Shown piece after piece: positions 58,871 to 64,000 of a stretch of DNA of 64,000 bases; position 1 is the first letter of the stretch, and the number at the start of each line of letters is the position of its first letter. The notes below the pieces were generated by a model. It had not been told where the DNA came from, did no database searches, and saw nothing but the letters and a program-made list of their open reading frames with translations. Source of the DNA: Eledone cirrhosa (Eukaryota); the NCBI GenBank assembly GCA_964016885.1, contig OZ024742.1, forward strand, positions 98,456,001 through 98,520,000, written 5' to 3'. A program made the position numbers and the translations under genes.

Positions 58871-58965
<95 letters not shown>

Positions 58966-60314
58966 ATCAATATACACACACACACACACGTATATTTATT
59001 TATAAACACAGACTTAATCAACACACGATTTACAAAACTGAATATGCATGCATTCACACACACATATATATCAAAGATTTCCCAACACACATACCCAAAC
59101 ACACTCTCACAAACACTCGCAAACACTCTTATATATATATACACACACATCCAGCCGTTCACGCCCACAATTGCACATTAACGCACACACACTCATATAC
59201 CAAAAGACAAACTCACAAACCACAAAATACTGAAAATGAAACACGTACATGCACACGTTTAAAAGTACATAAACCCATACATTCACAATCAAACACTTAC
59301 TCACAAAATCACACGCGTACACACACATTCCCATACACATATAGAAATACACACACACATACTCATATACCAACAAACATACAGTTCGCAAACAAATAGA
59401 CATAGACACTTAAAATTACACACACTTACACATAATCACTGTCAAAGACACTCACAAACCCACAGAAATATAGACGCATTTAAATACGAAAAGACTAACA
59501 AAGAAACACTCACGCATACTCATAGTCATAAACCCACATATTCACACACACACTCAAACACATTCACAAAGACACAAAAGTATACAGAAACGCAGTGATC
59601 TACACATTCACAAACAAACATACATTCACAGATACACAGAAAAACACACATGCTCACTCACGCACTCAAAAACACTTACACAAACACAACTCATCACCAA
59701 GTCATGCAGACATATACAGACAAACATACTTTCACAGACACACACAAAACACACACGCACGCACACACATGCTCACTGAATCACTCAAAAACACACATAC
59801 ACAACAACCCATTCACAAAGTCACGCAGACATATACACATACAAATACACAAAAACACATAGTCATGAATACACATGCATACACCCCCAAGCAGTGAAAA
59901 AGAAACATATGCACACATACACACAAAGACAGACACAGTGGCAAACTATCACACAGAGAAAGACAAAACATATAGTGACATAATTACAAGCTCACAATAG
60001 AAAAATGTTCCGAAAAACACTTTTACACATACACACAAAAACACCAAATGACACACACAAATTGCACACAGATATAGAATCAAAATGATTTTAGTGGTTG
60101 CCAGTTCAAAAGTCAAGAATATTCATGGAAACGTTGACTCCCAAAATACAAAGGTTAGAGCTTCAATCTGATTCCAGGATTTCCATCAGCTGTAAGCATG
60201 GGTCTACAAATCTTCCTTTCATGTAAAAATGGTAAAATGGTGGTACTGCTAGAAAATGGAAAGAAAATTAGAAGCTAAACGTTATGCATATACATTCACC
60301 AAACATGCATACAA

Positions 60315-60348
<34 letters not shown>

Positions 60349-60420
60349 CAGTGTGTGTGTGCGTGTTTGAGTGTTTGTGTGTGCGTGTGTGAGTTTGTGT
60401 TTGTGTACATATCTATATAT

Positions 60421-61078
<658 letters not shown>

Positions 61079-61180
61079 TGCATGTGTCTGTGTATGTATA
61101 TGCATGTGGGGAGATTCATTTGAATCTATCTATTTATGTATCTATCTATCTAACTTTATATCTATTTCCACACACATATA

Positions 61181-61280
<100 letters not shown>

Positions 61281-61809
61281 AATAAAATGTGGAGATGGAG
61301 CACACGAGTTAGGATAGGATATATATATATATGAAAATAGGGAGAAAAAGATGCTATGTATTGGTGTAAAATGGTGATGTTGAACATGTTAAGGAAATGG
61401 GAAGCAATAATAATGTTATTTACAGACAAGGTTTTTAACGTGGAAAGAAAAAAAAGAAAAAAAAAGGGGGGGGCTAATGTGGAACATAAGGCAATAAGAA
61501 ACAAAAAATAATATTATATACAGGCATAGTTCTTGAAGATAAGCAGTTCAAAATGTGTTAATATAGCAAGAGTGCGTAGTTGATCCATGATGGAGGCAAA
61601 TGATAGTCTTGGGTTTCATATGATTTCCCTTTTTAGAGAGTTAATATGCAGGGGGAGGTAATTCAGTGTGGTCAGTTAGGAGAAAGGTAAAAAAGGGTAT
61701 TATATAAGAAAAAGGTTTAGGTAGGGTGTGAGGGAGGAAACTCTTTAGAGAGACATAGGAATTTGGATTTGGTTCATTGTTCGTTTCAGTTTTAGTTAAG
61801 TCCGAAGTT

Positions 61810-62220
61810 TAGAGCATTAAGTAGTGGTTGGAATTTGTTAATGAAGTACGTTTCCTTATTGGTACGATGGATGAAAATAGCGTTGACTATGAATTTGTAA
61901 ATGGGGAACATTTTAAATGTGGATGTTGGATGGGTACACAATTGGCGATATGTTCACTAAACGCAATCTTTCTGTATTCCTGCATTCGATTTGTGATCTA
62001 TGGACGGCCATAAGTTGTCGGAGGCTGTTTTTTGTCTGTCCTATGTAGTGCTCTTGACAACCTGAGCAGGTTAAAACATAGGTTAGGTTTTCAAATGCAC
62101 ATGTAAAGTTGTGTTTAACTGTGAAATGTTGTCCTTGTTTAAAATGGAATGTTGAACCTTCTATTAGATTTATGCATATGCCGCAGTTGCGCCTTCTGCA
62201 TTATTTTACTGTAGGGTTCA
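61810..62220 (-). pseudogene. Decayed Neptune-like PLE GIY-YIG endonuclease
   Basis: Manual translation: CRRRNCGICINL..FTVKHNFTCAFENLTYVLTCSGCQEHYIGQTKNSLRQLMAVHRSQI/..FSEHIANC/..KETYFINKFQPLLN, with stops and frameshifts. Confidence 0.85.
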
Positions 62221-62379
62221 ATGTGAGGGTTGGTTGGTTGGGTTCTGGCTTGTGTGAGGATGTTTTTTATGCATTTAGGTTGTATTTTGCTCCTTATGAT
62301 GTTGTGTGTTAGGAGAAAAAATTAAAAAAGGAAAAAAAAAATATTTTTCTTCCTAATAATCGTCTTTTTCTCCCTATTG

Positions 62380-62419
<40 letters not shown>

Positions 62420-62478
62420 TTAATTTTCGAGATAATATCTCTTCTTCGGAGGGAACTAAACTGGTTAACACAGTGTTC

Positions 62479-62546
<68 letters not shown>

Positions 62547-62813
62547 AAATATAAGTATGTATGTATACGTACATACATATATGTATACAGACGTACAGTA
62601 GCATGCATAGAGTGAGAAATGAAATTTCGTTTTCATTTTATTACAACTTATATATATATCTGTATATATATATATATATAAATATTTACACATACACCAA
62701 TTAAACAAAGTCTCAGGTATATATGTGTTTTGGCAACCTTTCACGATGTGGCTCAATTTTGAATTCGTGTTTGTCGGGGGCCACTTCGGAAAATAATATG
62801 TCCTAGCGAGTTT

Positions 62814-62879
62814 ATCCCCGGAAGACCTCTAAAACTCGAGTATTAATCTCAAAAGTGAACGAAACCCTAGGGTCGGGAT
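62814..62879 (+). ncRNA. Degenerate hammerhead ribozyme
   Basis: atccc-CGGAAGA-(weak stem II)-GAAAC cctagg GTC-gggat. Perfect stem I, palindrome accctagggt, U4G change. Confidence 0.55.
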
Positions 62880-63170
62880 TTAGTGATTTAATCCTGGTCT
62901 GCATTTCTAACATTAATTTTTACCTAATTATGTATGGTTGACGGCATATTTAATTAATTTCCACGTGGTGTTGAAATGTTGGGTAAATATTCTATGGCGG
63001 TTGCACGAGAAGACGCCGTAATAGCGTATTTATTTACTGTTTCTTCATAGATGCCTTTTATTCTTATAGCCTGGTCTAATTGATTTTTTCTGTGGTTGAT
63101 TATGCTGATTGGGAGTATAGATGATGCATATATATTATCAAATAATTCTCTGGACATGCTTTACTCTATA

Positions 63171-63267
<97 letters not shown>

Positions 63268-63402
63268 AGTATTTAAGCATGTATATTTCCATGTACGCAT
63301 GTATGTATGTGTGTATACGCGTTAGTGCTTGCATGCAGACATTACTTTCAGTACAGATACGTATGTGTCTCGATTTATCAATAGTGCTTAATATAAACAA
63401 CC

Positions 63403-63434
<32 letters not shown>

Positions 63435-63444
63435 TGTTATGCTT

Positions 63445-63708
63445 AGGGAGGATCATATTGCCAATAAGGAACAAACACACCAGTTGCTCTCTCTCCAATT
63501 TATTATAAATTAAATTCATAAATTTAAGAATTTATAAATTTCGGGTTGATTGATTGATTCCATAACCGGACGGTTGTTCATATATTGTCAAAGTTCTTTC
63601 GTCACACATTATATAACCTCTTCAGTGACTGGGGATTATTTTCTTTGTCTTGTGCCTCTCCTTTGTTCAGTCCTATGCCATCTTGGTTAGGGTTTTTCAG
63701 AAACGAAA

Positions 63709-63710
<2 letters not shown>
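63445..63710 (-). mobile_element. Diverged copy of the 60518-61047 family, with HHR at 63586-63630
   Basis: Minus strand: agtcaCTGAAGAggttatataatgtgtgacGAAAgaacTTtgaca. Ends with the inverted terminus ttcagaaacgaaatat. Confidence 0.75.
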
Positions 63711-63798
<88 letters not shown>

Positions 63799-64000
63799 CA
63801 CATACACGCAGTAATACATAATTACACAAAATATACTAAATATATTAAGAATCACCTCATTTGTGTATTGAATATATAATGTTTATTTCCTTAAAAATCA
63901 TAGATGCTTTTGTTATGTTTAACGGTAATGTCAGTGTATGTAGTGTGTGTGTGTAATATATTTCTTTTTGTATGCATTTTGCTCCGTGTGTATGTATGTG

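Overview
This is an AT-rich, microsatellite-saturated eukaryotic window, most consistent with an octopus or other coleoid cephalopod (inferred from the repeat landscape only). I found no convincing host protein-coding exon; almost all ORFs in the track are translated (TA)n/(CA)n repeats. The window is dominated by Penelope-like element (PLE) derivatives sitting in (TA)n tracts as fold-back (inverted pseudo-LTR) structures. By eye I folded about 20 type I hammerhead ribozyme (HHR) motifs from at least 12 unrelated sequence families, mostly with palindromic stem III. Main items: (1) a 5'-truncated Naiad-like PLE (RT + Cys-rich GIY-YIG, 36562-41095) with 1.5-kb inverted arms; (2) an apparently identical 310-bp tandem repeat with one HHR per unit (retrozyme / circular RNA candidate, 5701-6782); (3) a three-layer nest of inverted elements (42898-45269); (4) a shared RCUC...GAGY hairpin just beyond the end of the short arm in about 10 families; (5) a Neptune-like GIY-YIG remnant, a Dong/R4 RLE fragment in (TAA)n, tRNA-derived SINEs and an LTR-like direct repeat pair. 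All folds and alignments were done manually, so coordinates may be off by a few bases.
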